From: an uncultured delta proteobacterium
GTDB taxonomy: Bacteria; Myxococcota; Myxococcia; Myxococcales; Myxococcaceae
Length of the DNA stretch: 64,000 nucleotides
NCBI GenBank assembly: GCA_963771175.1
Contig: CAVYSY010000052.1
Location: 160,001-224,000 of the forward strand
Direction of reading: 5' to 3'
Shown: in pieces, positions 19,862 through 29,423 of the stretch
How positions within the stretch are numbered: position 1 is the stretch's first letter
Layout of the letters: every line of letters starts with the position of its first letter
Made by a program: the position numbers and the translations under genes
The notes under the pieces: model-generated
The model's database searches: none
What the model was told of the DNA's origin: nothing
Seen by the model: only the letters and a program-made list of their open reading frames with translations

Positions 19862-21022
19862 ATGAGCGTCCATCTGCAGCACTTCTCGGTGCGCTACGAG
19901 TATCCGGTCCACTTCACTCGAGACGTCCTCTCCCCGGACAACCCCGCCCTGGCCGAGGCCCTCTGCCGCCTGGAGTCGCGGCGGCACCGGGTGCTGGCGT
20001 TCATCGACCGCGGTGTCTCCGACGCATGGCCCGACCTGAGAGGCCGGCTGCTCCAATATTCGGAGCGCCACACGGACTGTCTCCAGCTCGTCTCGGAGCC
20101 GCTGCTCGTCGAGGGCGGAGAGGCCTGCAAGAACGACCCGTCCGCTCCCATGCGCTTGCTGGCGAAGCTGGACGAGTTCTCGCTCGATCGACATTCCTTC
20201 GTCCTGGCCATCGGAGGCGGGGCGATGTTGGACCTGGTCGGGTTCGCCGCGGCCACCGCTCATCGCGGCATCCGGCTCGTCCGTGTGCCCAGCACCGTGC
20301 TGTCCCAGGCCGATGGGGGCCTCGGGGTGAAGAATGGCGTCAATGCCTTCGGGAAGAAGAACTTCCTCGGCACCTTCGTGCCTCCCTTCGCCGTGCTCAA
20401 CGACTCCCTCCTGCTGGAGACGCTCAGCCTCCGGGACAAGCGCTCCGGCATGGCCGAGGCCGTGAAGGTGGCCCTCCTCAAGGCTCCCGTCTTCTTCGCG
20501 TGGATGGAGACCCATGCGGAGGCGCTCGCCCGCGCCGAGCCCGAGGCCCTGGCCATCCTCGTGCGCGGCGCCGCCAAGCTGCATCTGCGGCACATCGCCA
20601 CCTCGGGAGACCCGTTCGAGCTGGGCAGCGCGCGCCCGCTGGACTTCGGCCACTGGGCCGCCCACAAGCTGGAGGTGCTCTCGGAGCACCGGCTGCGCCA
20701 CGGGGAGGCCGTGGCCATCGGCATCGCCCTGGACACCGCGTACTCGGTGGAGCGTGGGCTGCTCGAGCCCGCCGCGCGCGCGCGCGTGGTGGGACTCCTG
20801 GAGGCGCTGGGCTTCCGGCTGTGGGACGAGGCGCTGGCGCTCGAGAGGGCTGGGCGCCCCCGCGTGCTCGACGGCCTCGCCGAGTTCCGCGAGCACCTGG
20901 GCGGAGAGCTGACCGTCACCCTCCTGCCCGCCATCGGCAAGGGGCTCGAGGTGCATGACATCTGCCTGGAGCGCATGGGCCTCGCACTGGAATGGCTCGC
21001 CCGGAGGAAGGGGGCGAGATGA
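19862..21022 (+). CDS. eboD: EboD, sugar-phosphate cyclase / 3-dehydroquinate synthase-like
   Basis: 'GGEACKND', 'IGGGAMLDLVGFAAATAHRG', 'GVKNG', 'ARPLDFGHWAAHKLE', 'HGEAV'; ebo context. Confidence 0.88.
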   Translation: MSVHLQHFSVRYEYPVHFTRDVLSPDNPALAEALCRLESRRHRVLAFIDRGVSDAWPDLRGRLLQYSERHTDCLQLVSEPLLVEGGEACKNDPSAPMRLLAKLDEFSLDRHSFVLAIGGGAMLDLVGFAAATAHRGIRLVRVPSTVLSQADGGLGVKNGVNAFGKKNFLGTFVPPFAVLNDSLLLETLSLRDKRSGMAEAVKVALLKAPVFFAWMETHAEALARAEPEALAILVRGAAKLHLRHIATSGDPFELGSARPLDFGHWAAHKLEVLSEHRLRHGEAVAIGIALDTAYSVERGLLEPAARARVVGLLEALGFRLWDEALALERAGRPRVLDGLAEFREHLGGELTVTLLPAIGKGLEVHDICLERMGLALEWLARRKGAR

Positions 21023-22233
21023 GGCTCGCTTCGCCTGGCGGGCCGCACCTCACCTACTGCACCAACGTCCACCCCGGCGAGGGCTGGGCCGAGGTGTTCG
21101 ACAACCTCGAGCGGTACGTCGTCCCCGTCAAGGCGCTCGTCTCACCGGAGCAGCCCTTCGGTGTGGGTCTGCGCCTGTCCGCGCGTGCCGCCGAGGAGCT
21201 CTCCCGGCCCGGAGTGCTCGCCGCCTTCCGAGACTGGCTGGGCGCGAGTGGACTGTATGTCTTCACCCTCAATGGCTTTCCCCATGGCGCCTTCCACGGA
21301 GCGCCGGTGAAGGAGGGCGTCTACCGGCCGGACTGGCTGGAGCCGGAGCGAGGCGTCTACACGGAGCGGCTGGCGCACCTGCTGGCGGCGCTGCTGCCCG
21401 AGGGCGTGGAGGGCAGCATCAGCACCGTCCCGTGTGCCTTCCGGACGAGGGTCCGCTTCAACGGCGATGTCGAGCGCATGGCCCGGCGGCTCCTGGAGCA
21501 CCTGTCCTCGCTGCACCGCCTCCGCGAGGACACGGGCCGGAGGGTGTCCCTTGCCCTCGAACCCGAGCCGGGCTGCTTCCTCGAGACGACGGCGGACGTC
21601 GTCTCCTTCTTCCAGGAGCACCTCCTCTCGCGCGACGCGCTGGCGTGCTTCGGCCGGATGAGCGGGCTGTCGCTCGGGGAGGCCGAGGCGTTCCTCCGTT
21701 ACCACCTCGGCGTCTGCCTCGACGCCTGCCACCTCGCGGTGGAGTTCGAGCAGCCTCGGGAGTGCCTGGAGGCCCTCGGGCGGGCGGGCTTGCGCGTCTG
21801 CAAGTACCAGCTCAGCGCCGGGTTGCGGGTGCGCTGGGAGGAGGGGTCGCGAGAGTCCCTGCTCGCGGCGCTCTCCCGCTTCGCCGAGGGCGTCTACCTG
21901 CACCAGGTGGTGCAGCGCCGAGGGGGCACGCTGGCGAAATGGGATGATCTCCCCGAGGCGCTCGCCCGGGCCGCCGAGGAGCTCGGACCCCTGGGCGAGT
22001 GGCGCATCCACTTCCACGTGCCGATCTTCCACGAGGCGCTGGGACACCAGCTCACCAGCACGCAGGCGCAGGTGAGCGAGCTGCTGGCGCTGCTGCACGA
22101 GGAGGGGACGGCACAGCACCTCGAGGTGGAGACGTACACCTGGGAGGTGCTGCCCGAGGAGCTCCGGACGGGGAGCGTGGTGGACTCCCTGGCGCGCGAG
22201 CTGCGCTGGGTGCGCGGGAGGATGGAAGGATGA
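21019..22233 (+). CDS. eboE: EboE, xylose-isomerase-like TIM barrel
   Basis: 'HLTYCTNVHPGE', 'TLNGFPHGAFH..VKEGVYRPDW', 'LEPEPGC', 'WRIHFHVP', 'EVETYTW'. Confidence 0.92.
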   Translation: MRLASPGGPHLTYCTNVHPGEGWAEVFDNLERYVVPVKALVSPEQPFGVGLRLSARAAEELSRPGVLAAFRDWLGASGLYVFTLNGFPHGAFHGAPVKEGVYRPDWLEPERGVYTERLAHLLAALLPEGVEGSISTVPCAFRTRVRFNGDVERMARRLLEHLSSLHRLREDTGRRVSLALEPEPGCFLETTADVVSFFQEHLLSRDALACFGRMSGLSLGEAEAFLRYHLGVCLDACHLAVEFEQPRECLEALGRAGLRVCKYQLSAGLRVRWEEGSRESLLAALSRFAEGVYLHQVVQRRGGTLAKWDDLPEALARAAEELGPLGEWRIHFHVPIFHEALGHQLTSTQAQVSELLALLHEEGTAQHLEVETYTWEVLPEELRTGSVVDSLARELRWVRGRMEG

Positions 22234-23111
22234 GCACGCTGCTCGGGCGGCTGGGCGTGTACCTGCGGCTCGGCCGCGTCTCCAACCTGCCCACCGTGTG
22301 GTCCAACGTTCTGGCGGGCATGGTGCTGGCGGGTGGGGTGGTGGAGCCGGGAGGCCTCGCGGGGCTGCTGCTCTCGCTCAGCCTGTTCTACGTGGCCGGC
22401 ATGTTCCTCAATGATGGCTTCGACCGGGGCGTGGATGCGCGAGAGCGGCCGGAGCGGCCCATTCCCGCGGGACGCGTCGGTGCGGGCGAGGTGTTCGCGC
22501 TCGGCTTCGGAATGCTGGCCCTGGCGGTGCTGCTCGTGGTGTTGCAGGCCCGGCGGTCCGGAGTGGGGAGCGGCCCGGCGCTGTTGGCGGGGCTCGCCCT
22601 GGCTGGCGCCATCGTCCTCTATGACGTCTGGCACAAGGACAATCCGGCCAGCCCGCTGGTGATGGGTTCCTGTCGGATGTTGATCTACGTCACCGCGGCC
22701 GCCACCCTCACCGGGCGCGTGGGCTCGTCCGTGGTGGAGGGCGCGCTGGTGCTGCTCTGCTACCTCATCGGCCTCACCTATGCGGCGAAACAGGAGCGCC
22801 GTGAGCGGGTGGGACACTTCTGGCCGCTGCTCTTCCTCGCCGTGCCCTTCGTCTACGTGGCCCCGTCCTTCCTCCGCTCGCCGGTGGTGGCGGGGCTCTT
22901 CCTGGGCTTCCTCGCGTGGGTGGGCCATGCCGTGTCGCTGCTGGTGCGGCGCCCACCCCAGGTGCCTCGAGCGGTGGTCTCCTTCATCGCCGGTATCTCC
23001 CTGCTCGATGCGCTGCTCATCGCCGTCAGCGGCCGCCCGGAGCTGGCCGGGCTGGCGGCTCTGGCCTTTCCGGCTACGCTGTTCCTGCAGCGCTACGTTC
23101 GAGGGACGTGA
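22230..23111 (+). CDS. eboC: EboC, UbiA-family prenyltransferase
   Basis: 'LGRVSNLPTVWSN', 'GMFLNDGFDRGVDARERPERPIPAG', 'YDVWHK'; multiple TM helices. Confidence 0.88.
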   Translation: MSTLLGRLGVYLRLGRVSNLPTVWSNVLAGMVLAGGVVEPGGLAGLLLSLSLFYVAGMFLNDGFDRGVDARERPERPIPAGRVGAGEVFALGFGMLALAVLLVVLQARRSGVGSGPALLAGLALAGAIVLYDVWHKDNPASPLVMGSCRMLIYVTAAATLTGRVGSSVVEGALVLLCYLIGLTYAAKQERRERVGHFWPLLFLAVPFVYVAPSFLRSPVVAGLFLGFLAWVGHAVSLLVRRPPQVPRAVVSFIAGISLLDALLIAVSGRPELAGLAALAFPATLFLQRYVRGT

Positions 23112-24501
23112 CGGCGGACCTGGACTCGAAGAGGTGCGAGAGGATGAGCTCCTTGACCTCCGTCGCCCGTACCTCGCGCTCCGGTAGCAGCCGTGGCTCG
23201 CTGGAGAGGAGCAGCGGCCCCCGCGCCGCATCCTCCGTTGGCCGGCCGTGAGAGCCCTTCACCAGGCTCGCATCCAGCGGCACCACGTCCATCAGGTAGC
23301 GCAGACCCAACTTCTTCTTCAGCAGCGTCAGGCCCACCTTGAGCTGAGGCACGCGCAGCGATGGACTCGTGAACAGCTCCACCGGGTCGTACCCGGGCTT
23401 GCGGTGGATGTCGACGGTGCGGGCGAAGTCTGGCGCCCTCCGGTCATCCAGCCAGTAGTAGTAGCTGAACCAGCGGTCCGGTCGGGAGATGGCCACCAGC
23501 TCGCCCGAGCGCGGATGTGCCAGGCCGTGCCGACGCTTGCCCTCCTCGTCCAGCACCTCCTCCACGCCGTCCAGCCGCTCCAGCAGCCGCTTCACCTGAG
23601 CGACCAACTCGGGACGCTGGACGTAGACATGGGCCACCTGGTGATCGGCCACCGCGAAGGCCTGGGAGGCCCCCGCATCCAGCTTCTCCTCTCCCAGCTC
23701 CTCGCGGACGGCGAGCCAGCCGGCCTCGCGAAGCGCGCGGTTGAGGTGCACCGCGCCTCGCACCGGCGTCATGCCGTACTCGGACAGCACCAGCACCCGG
23801 GCCCCATCGGCGGTGACGTGGCGGATGAGCTCGCCACAGACGTCATCCACCTCGCGCAGCGCTCGAGGAATGTCCGGATGGTCCGGCCCCAGCCGCTGCA
23901 AGTCGTAGTCGAGGTGCGGCAGGTAGACGAGCGTGAGCGTCGGCCGGTGGCGGTCGTAGACGATTCGCGCGCAGCGGGCGATCCACCGGGAGGAGGAGAT
24001 GTCGGCACCCGGACCCCAGAACTGGAAGAGGGGGAAGGGCCCGAGCTCCGCGTTCAGCTCCTCGCGCAGGCTCGCGGGCGAGGTGTAGATGTCGGGCAGC
24101 TTGAGGCCGTCGGCGCGGTAGATGGGGCGCGGGGTGACGGAGAAGTCCACCGCCGCGTACATGTTGTACCACCAGAAGAGCTGGGCACAGGTGAACGAGG
24201 CATCCCTCGCCCGGGCCGCTTCCCACAACTTCTCCCCACCCACGAGCCGGTTGGACTGGCGCCAGAGCCACACCTCGGCCAGCTCCCGGAAGTACCAGCC
24301 ATTGGCCACGCAGCCGTGCTCGGAGGGTGGCAGGCCGGTGGTGAAGGTGGCCTGCACCGAGCTGGTGACCGCGGGCAGCACCGTCCGCAGCGGACGCATG
24401 CTCCCGGCCCGGGCGAGTGCCCGCAGGTGGGGCGTGTGCTCCCCCAGCATTCCGGGGGTGAGTCCCACCACGTTGAGCACCACCGTGCGGTGCAGGCTCA
24501 T
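23074..24501 (-). CDS. eboF: EboF, alkaline-phosphatase-superfamily nucleotide pyrophosphatase
   Basis: 'VVLNVVGL', 'PAVTSSVQ', 'YLPHLDY', 'VDIHRKPGYDPVELF', 'VKGSHG'. Confidence 0.9.
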   Translation of the reverse strand: MSLHRTVVLNVVGLTPGMLGEHTPHLRALARAGSMRPLRTVLPAVTSSVQATFTTGLPPSEHGCVANGWYFRELAEVWLWRQSNRLVGGEKLWEAARARDASFTCAQLFWWYNMYAAVDFSVTPRPIYRADGLKLPDIYTSPASLREELNAELGPFPLFQFWGPGADISSSRWIARCARIVYDRHRPTLTLVYLPHLDYDLQRLGPDHPDIPRALREVDDVCGELIRHVTADGARVLVLSEYGMTPVRGAVHLNRALREAGWLAVREELGEEKLDAGASQAFAVADHQVAHVYVQRPELVAQVKRLLERLDGVEEVLDEEGKRRHGLAHPRSGELVAISRPDRWFSYYYWLDDRRAPDFARTVDIHRKPGYDPVELFTSPSLRVPQLKVGLTLLKKKLGLRYLMDVVPLDASLVKGSHGRPTEDAARGPLLLSSEPRLLPEREVRATEVKELILSHLFESRSAVTSLERSAAGTA

Positions 24502-25382
24502 GGCCTCACCACAGCGGTCTGCCCGCGCAGCACCGAGTTGCCCTCCCACAGCTCTCGTTGATCGATCTTCGCTGGCTTCTCCAGCTCCGTCAGCTCCAGC
24601 CGGCCGCTCTGGGCGAAGAAGGCCACGGGGTTGCGCCAGACGATGGTTTCGATTGTCTCCTCGTCCACCCCGCGCTCCCGCATCCGTGCCACCGTCTTCG
24701 GCACCTTCAGCGGATCACTCACTCCCCAGTCCGCGGCGCTGTTGATGAGGATGCGCTCGGCGCCGTAGCGCTGGACGAGCGTCACCATGCGCTCCTCGTC
24801 CATCTTCGTGTGCGGGTAGATGGAGTGCCCGGCCCAGCAGCCGCTCTCCAGGACCAGCGGCAACGTCTCCTCGGTGTTGTGGTCCACCAGCACCCGCTCC
24901 TCGGGGAAGCGGTGCTCGCGCAGCAGCGCGAGGGTGTGCTCGGTGCCCCGCTTCTTGTCGCGGTGGGGCGTGTGGACGAGCACCGGCAATTCGAAGCGCC
25001 GGGCCAGCTCGAGCTGCTCGGAGAAGCAGCGCTCCTCGGAGGGCGTCAGCTCGTCGAAGCCGATCTCTCCCACCGCCACCACGCTGTCCTTGCCCAGGTA
25101 GCGCGGCAGCAACGCGAGCACCTGGTCCACCAGGTTCGCGTCGTTGGCCTCCTTGGGGTTGAGGGCCAGGGCGCAGAAGTGGCGGATGCCGAACTGGCTG
25201 GCGCGGAAGCGCTCCCAGCCCACCAGCGAGGCGAAGTAGTCCTCGAAGCTGCCCACCTGCGTGCGCGGCTGGCCGAGCCAGAACGCGGGTTCGAGCACCG
25301 CGGCGATGCCCATGGCGGCCATGGACTGGTAGTCGTCCGTCGTGCGGGACGTCATGTGGATGTGTGGATCGAACAGCTTCAT
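24498..25382 (-). CDS. eboB: EboB, TatD-family hydrolase
   Basis: 'DPHIHMTSRTTDDY', 'EPAFWLGQPR', 'HTPHRDK', 'NSAADWG'. Confidence 0.92.
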   Translation of the reverse strand: MKLFDPHIHMTSRTTDDYQSMAAMGIAAVLEPAFWLGQPRTQVGSFEDYFASLVGWERFRASQFGIRHFCALALNPKEANDANLVDQVLALLPRYLGKDSVVAVGEIGFDELTPSEERCFSEQLELARRFELPVLVHTPHRDKKRGTEHTLALLREHRFPEERVLVDHNTEETLPLVLESGCWAGHSIYPHTKMDEERMVTLVQRYGAERILINSAADWGVSDPLKVPKTVARMRERGVDEETIETIVWRNPVAFFAQSGRLELTELEKPAKIDQRELWEGNSVLRGQTAVVRP

Positions 25383-26053
25383 GCGGAGGCTCCCGAGGGA
25401 AGAAGAAGGGTGAGGTCATGCGGGAGGCTGCGTCCGGCCGCCCTGCGCTCGCTCGCGTAGGCAGCGGCCATGCGGGCCAGCTCGGGGTTGCGCCGGCGCT
25501 CCAGCCCCACCACGCGCGCCAGGGGCACGCCGGTGAAGACGGCCTTGAGCACCAACTGGTTGAAGGCGGACTCCGGGAAGAGCGCCGCGGGGTAGGAGTT
25601 CTCGCAGGCGATGGCCTCGAAGACGGGCTGGACGTGGGTGCGGCAGGCGTCTCTTGCCAGCTCCAGGAAGCGCTCGGGACGGAGCAGCAGTGGCAGCGTC
25701 TTCAGTACGGCCTGCCGCTCGGCGTTGTCCCCGCTTCGGTAGCACGCGGCGACGAGGGCCTCGTGTCTCTCCGGCGCCAGCTGCTCCTGCGCGCGCAGCA
25801 GCAGCGCCACACGTCCCAGCAGCGCGGGAGTGCAGGTGTCCGGGGCCAGCGACAAGCCGAGCCCGGCCAGCGCGTCCCCCGGAGTGCCGAGCGGCTTCTG
25901 GCCGAGCCGCCGCCCGGCCATGGCGAAGGCCTCGAGGAAGGCCGAGTCGTCGAGGCCGTTTCCGGAGGAGGGAGCACTGGCTCGGGAGAGCCACTCCCAA
26001 GTGGAGGAATCGAGCCGGGACTCCAGGAATCCGAGCAGGTGCGAAGCACTCAT
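25379..26053 (-). CDS. eboA: EboA domain protein
   Basis: 'GDNAERQAVL', 'AIACENSYPA', 'AFNQLVLKAVF', 'YASERRAAGR'. Confidence 0.88.
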   Translation of the reverse strand: MSASHLLGFLESRLDSSTWEWLSRASAPSSGNGLDDSAFLEAFAMAGRRLGQKPLGTPGDALAGLGLSLAPDTCTPALLGRVALLLRAQEQLAPERHEALVAACYRSGDNAERQAVLKTLPLLLRPERFLELARDACRTHVQPVFEAIACENSYPAALFPESAFNQLVLKAVFTGVPLARVVGLERRRNPELARMAAAYASERRAAGRSLPHDLTLLLPSGASA

Positions 26054-26065
26054 GGCCGAGCGAGT

Positions 26066-26090
26066 TAGTGACGACAAAACGCCGTCACAA
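26066..26090. promoter_or_regulatory. Palindromic operator-like site upstream of eboA
   Basis: TAGTGACGAC-AAAAC-GCCGTCACAA; arms match 8/10; 13 bp from the eboA ATG. Confidence 0.4.
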
Positions 26091-26219
26091 GCGCGGGCCG
26101 CGGCACTGGCTGGAAGTGGACGCGCTCCAGACAGGCCACTGTGGTTCGGGTGACAACCCCGGCCCGGCTCGGGTGCCCCCAGGTCCCATCCCCCGGAGAA
26201 AGGCACCCGCACACTGCGC

Positions 26220-26348
26220 TCGGACGCACTTCCGCCCGAGGAGCTCGCCCAGCTCATGGCGCGCTTCTACGACGTCATGGCGGGAGTGGCCTTCGAGAAT
26301 GAGGCCACGCTCGACAAGTTCATTGGCGATGCGGTGATGGCGCTGTGA
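26220..26348 (+). pseudogene. Internal fragment of a class III adenylate/guanylate cyclase
   Basis: Own translation SDALPPEELAQLMARFYDVMAGVAFENEATLDKFIGDAVMAL*. Confidence 0.75.
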
Positions 26349-26349
26349 C

Positions 26350-27066
26350 TCAGCGCGGGGGGAGCCTCTTCTGCGAGCCGCCGAACTTGAAGATAGGGCC
26401 CGAGAGCTCCAGCTGGACGTAGTTGCGCGGGAGCCGCTCCGCCTCGAGGCCCAAGGAGACGTTCTGTTCGACCACGATGTCCGCGCCGAGGATGTGGTTG
26501 TAGGTCACCCCGAGACGGAGGCCGCCGAAGTCGATGCCGAGCTGCGGCGCGATACCGTAGAACCGGCCGCCCGACTGAGAGACACCCGCTCCACCGCTCC
26601 CCGCGCTCACGCTCTGACCGGCGAGCACGTACATGCCGCCTCCAAAGCCGGCGAACGGACGAACGCCGGAGCTCCCGAGGAGGAGCTCCGCCTTGACGAG
26701 CGAGGCCGATGAAGCCCCGAGCGCGACCGTCGTGTTCCCAGCCGGCACGATGCGGCCGCCGAACACGACGCCACCATCGATCCGAAAACCCACCGCGAAC
26801 CAATCGGTGACGTTCCACTTCGGCTCGACCACCGCCCCGATTCCGTAGCTCTTCGTGCCGTAGCCCCAGAGGCCGGCCACGCCCGCGTGGACGACGAGGA
26901 GCGGCTGCTTGCGCTCACTGGGCGCCTCGCCCGTCATCGCGGACGCCTCGGGCCGATCAGCCGCCTCGACCGCGGGGGCACTGCTCGGAGAGGCGAAGAC
27001 GCAGAGGGGCAGCAGCGTGGCAACCAGCACGGCGCTGGCGTGTAGCTGGGACAATGCACGGTTCAT
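26350..27066 (-). CDS. Small outer-membrane beta-barrel protein
   Basis: Signal peptide; alternating strands 'VEPKWNVTD', 'RPFAGFGGGMY', 'LGVTYN'. Confidence 0.7.
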   Translation of the reverse strand: MNRALSQLHASAVLVATLLPLCVFASPSSAPAVEAADRPEASAMTGEAPSERKQPLLVVHAGVAGLWGYGTKSYGIGAVVEPKWNVTDWFAVGFRIDGGVVFGGRIVPAGNTTVALGASSASLVKAELLLGSSGVRPFAGFGGGMYVLAGQSVSAGSGGAGVSQSGGRFYGIAPQLGIDFGGLRLGVTYNHILGADIVVEQNVSLGLEAERLPRNYVQLELSGPIFKFGGSQKRLPPR

Positions 27067-27264
27067 CGAAAATCCTCGGGCGTTGATGTTGAAGCGGCTC
27101 GTGGACGATCGATTGTGCGGAATATTCACGTGAAGTGCGACCAGGCCCAGCGTCACGAGTGCGGAGAGAGGGAAGCAGGCAGGAGAGCCGCACGGCGGGG
27201 AGTCTCCTCGAGGGAGCCCACCCTGGGGCTAGACTCCAGCACTCCTCCGTTTGATGGATTTCGG

Positions 27265-28161
27265 GTGACGCCAAACGAAACATGGGGCCACGCCTCGCGG
27301 GCGCTGCGGCGACTGGGAGATACCGGCCTCCTCCTCCCCGCATCGGGAGCGGGGATGGTGACGATGCTGGCGCTGGCATGTACCGGCCGCGTCTCGGTCC
27401 CGCTGGCGCTGACGGTGGGGCTGCTCGTGTACTGCAGCTACCTCATCGACTTCGTGGGGGAGATAAACCAGTTCAAGCCGGAGTTGGCCTCCGCGCGCAC
27501 CCGGCTGCTGGCTCGCCGCCGTCACCTCCTGCTGCTGGGGGGCGCGGCGCTGCTGGGGGCGATGGTGCTGACGGGGGCCTTCGCCGGAGCGCTGCTCGCC
27601 GCCAGCCTGCTCCTCTATCCGATAGCCGTGGTGCTCTATGGACTGCCGGTGCTGTCGCGGCTGCCGTGGAGGTTCACCCGGCTCAAGGACGTGCCCTACC
27701 TCAAGGCCTTCTACGTCGCCTGCTTCTGGGCGCTCCTGGCGCCGTTCACCCTGGCCTTCCTGGGGCTTCACCGGCCCGGCACGGCGCTCGGTCATGCCGT
27801 GCTCCTCTTCGTGCGCACCTTCATGAGCATCAACCTCTGCGACCTGAAGGACGTGGAGCGGGACCGGCAGGCCGGTGTCCGCACGCTCGTGCTCGCGCTG
27901 GGGGAGACGCGGCTGTTGCGGTGGCTGCGGGGGATGAACCTGCTGACGCTTCCCTTGCTGCTGGGCCTCGTGCTCGCCGGGGCCGTTCCCCCCGCGATGC
28001 TCTTCCTGGGGCTCACGCTGGGCTGGTTCGCCCTGGCGCTGCGGCTGATGGAGCGCCGGGCCGCCGAGCCCGAGTTCATCTGCGCCATCTTCGTGGACGG
28101 AGAGTGGATTCTCTGGCCCGCCTATCTGCTACTCGGCATGTGGCTGCTGGACCCTGGGTGA
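27265..28161 (+). CDS. Second UbiA-family prenyltransferase
   Basis: Multiple TM helices; 'RLKDVPYLK'; Asp-rich 'DLKDVERDRQAGVRTL'; first Asp motif divergent (YLIDFVGE). Confidence 0.8.
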   Translation: MTPNETWGHASRALRRLGDTGLLLPASGAGMVTMLALACTGRVSVPLALTVGLLVYCSYLIDFVGEINQFKPELASARTRLLARRRHLLLLGGAALLGAMVLTGAFAGALLAASLLLYPIAVVLYGLPVLSRLPWRFTRLKDVPYLKAFYVACFWALLAPFTLAFLGLHRPGTALGHAVLLFVRTFMSINLCDLKDVERDRQAGVRTLVLALGETRLLRWLRGMNLLTLPLLLGLVLAGAVPPAMLFLGLTLGWFALALRLMERRAAEPEFICAIFVDGEWILWPAYLLLGMWLLDPG

Positions 28162-28168
28162 CCCCATC

Positions 28169-28831
28169 ATGAATCGCGAGTCCCTCGACTTCTTCTCCCC
28201 CTCACTGCTGCTCCCCATCGTCTTCTCGCTGCTCAGCTGGCTCACCGTCTACGTGCTCATCATCCGCAAGGGGCTGGTGGAGCGAACGTACGCGATGCCG
28301 CTGCTGCCCTTGTGCGTGAACCTCTCGTATGAGTTCTTCTTCGGGTTCATCCGCCCGGACGCGCCGCCCATCAACTACGTCAACATCAGCTGGTTTCTGT
28401 TCGACCTGGGAATTGTCTTCACCTACCTGCGCTTCGGGGCGAAGGAGTTCCCCGCCGTGCTCCCCCGCTCCTGGTTCCTCCCCTCGTTCGTCGCCGTCCT
28501 CGCCCTGGCCTTCGCCGGCGTGGCGGCGATGACGTATGAGTTCAAGGACTGGACCGGCAGCTACACGGGGTGGGGCGCGAACACGCTGATGTCGGCTGCG
28601 TACATCGCCCTGCTGCTGCGGCGGGGGAGCACGGCCGGGCAGTCCATGTATATCGGCCTGTTCCGGCTCATCGGGAGCGCGGCGCTCATCTCCGTGGAGA
28701 TGCGCATCAGTCCGAACAGCGTTCTGCTGCCATTCTTCTATGTGGCCTTCGTCCTGTTGGACCTGACGTACCTTTTCCTCCTCCACGGCCAGTTCGTGAG
28801 GGAGGGAAAGAAGCCCTGGCGGATCGCGTAG
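28169..28831 (+). CDS. Pyr4/PaxB-family integral-membrane terpene cyclase
   Basis: 220 aa, about 7 TM helices; 'WLTVYVLII..G....TYAMPLLPLCVNLSYEF', 'WFLFD', 'RGSTAGQS', C-terminal 'LLDL'. Confidence 0.78.
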   Translation: MNRESLDFFSPSLLLPIVFSLLSWLTVYVLIIRKGLVERTYAMPLLPLCVNLSYEFFFGFIRPDAPPINYVNISWFLFDLGIVFTYLRFGAKEFPAVLPRSWFLPSFVAVLALAFAGVAAMTYEFKDWTGSYTGWGANTLMSAAYIALLLRRGSTAGQSMYIGLFRLIGSAALISVEMRISPNSVLLPFFYVAFVLLDLTYLFLLHGQFVREGKKPWRIA

Positions 28832-28880
28832 CGCACGCCTTCTGGCGTACCAACCCCCTTCAGGGAAGTCGAGTAGGAGC

Positions 28881-29423
28881 TTGGCGGGTCACGTCATGAA
28901 GGAGGTCCTCGATGGTGGGGACGCGCGGAGACATTCTTCCGGCTCCTGGCCAAGTGCCACCCGAGCTATGCTCGGTTGTGGGTCGAAGGCGGAGTTCGCG
29001 CCGAACTTCCTGTGGCTCTTCTTTCCCACGGAGGCCCCAGGTCATGAGCGCATGGTCAGCGCGCCCATCGTCGCGAGCATCATGGGCGCCATCGCGGTGG
29101 CCTGGGAGCCGGAGTGGGCCCTCTCGACAGAGGACAGTCTCTGGGACCAGCTCTCCGGTGGCAGTCGGATCGGCTGCTTCCTGGGGTGGATGACGTACTT
29201 CTCGCGTGAGCGGGGAGAGGTGCCCGCCCTGCCCGCGCCCGCGCGCGTGGAGCCGGTAGACGACAAGGGCACGCTCGTCACGCTGACGCCCGAGCGGCTC
29301 ACCGCGAGCAATCCCGAGCACGTGGCCCTCGCCTGGCGCGTCCAGAAGCTGCTCGAAGAGCGAGGACTGCTCAAGCGGGTGGTCGAGCCCCTGCTGTCGT
29401 GCGGCCATGAAGGAGTTACGTGA
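28881..29423 (+). pseudogene. Imm52-family immunity protein, N-terminally truncated orphan
   Basis: 'AWEPEWA', 'GWMTYFSRERGEVPALPAPARVEPVDDKGTLVTLTPERLTASNPEHVALA'; no toxin gene upstream. Confidence 0.75.

Noticed and set aside
19862..21022. Housekeeping aroB
   Set aside because: Sits among eboE/C/F/B/A and has the 'ARPLDFGHWAAHKLE' variant, so it is called EboD.
24498..25382. TatD as part of a Qat-type defence system
   Set aside because: The 'SRTTDDY...EPAFWLGQPR' signature and context indicate EboB; no QueC or ATPase partners.
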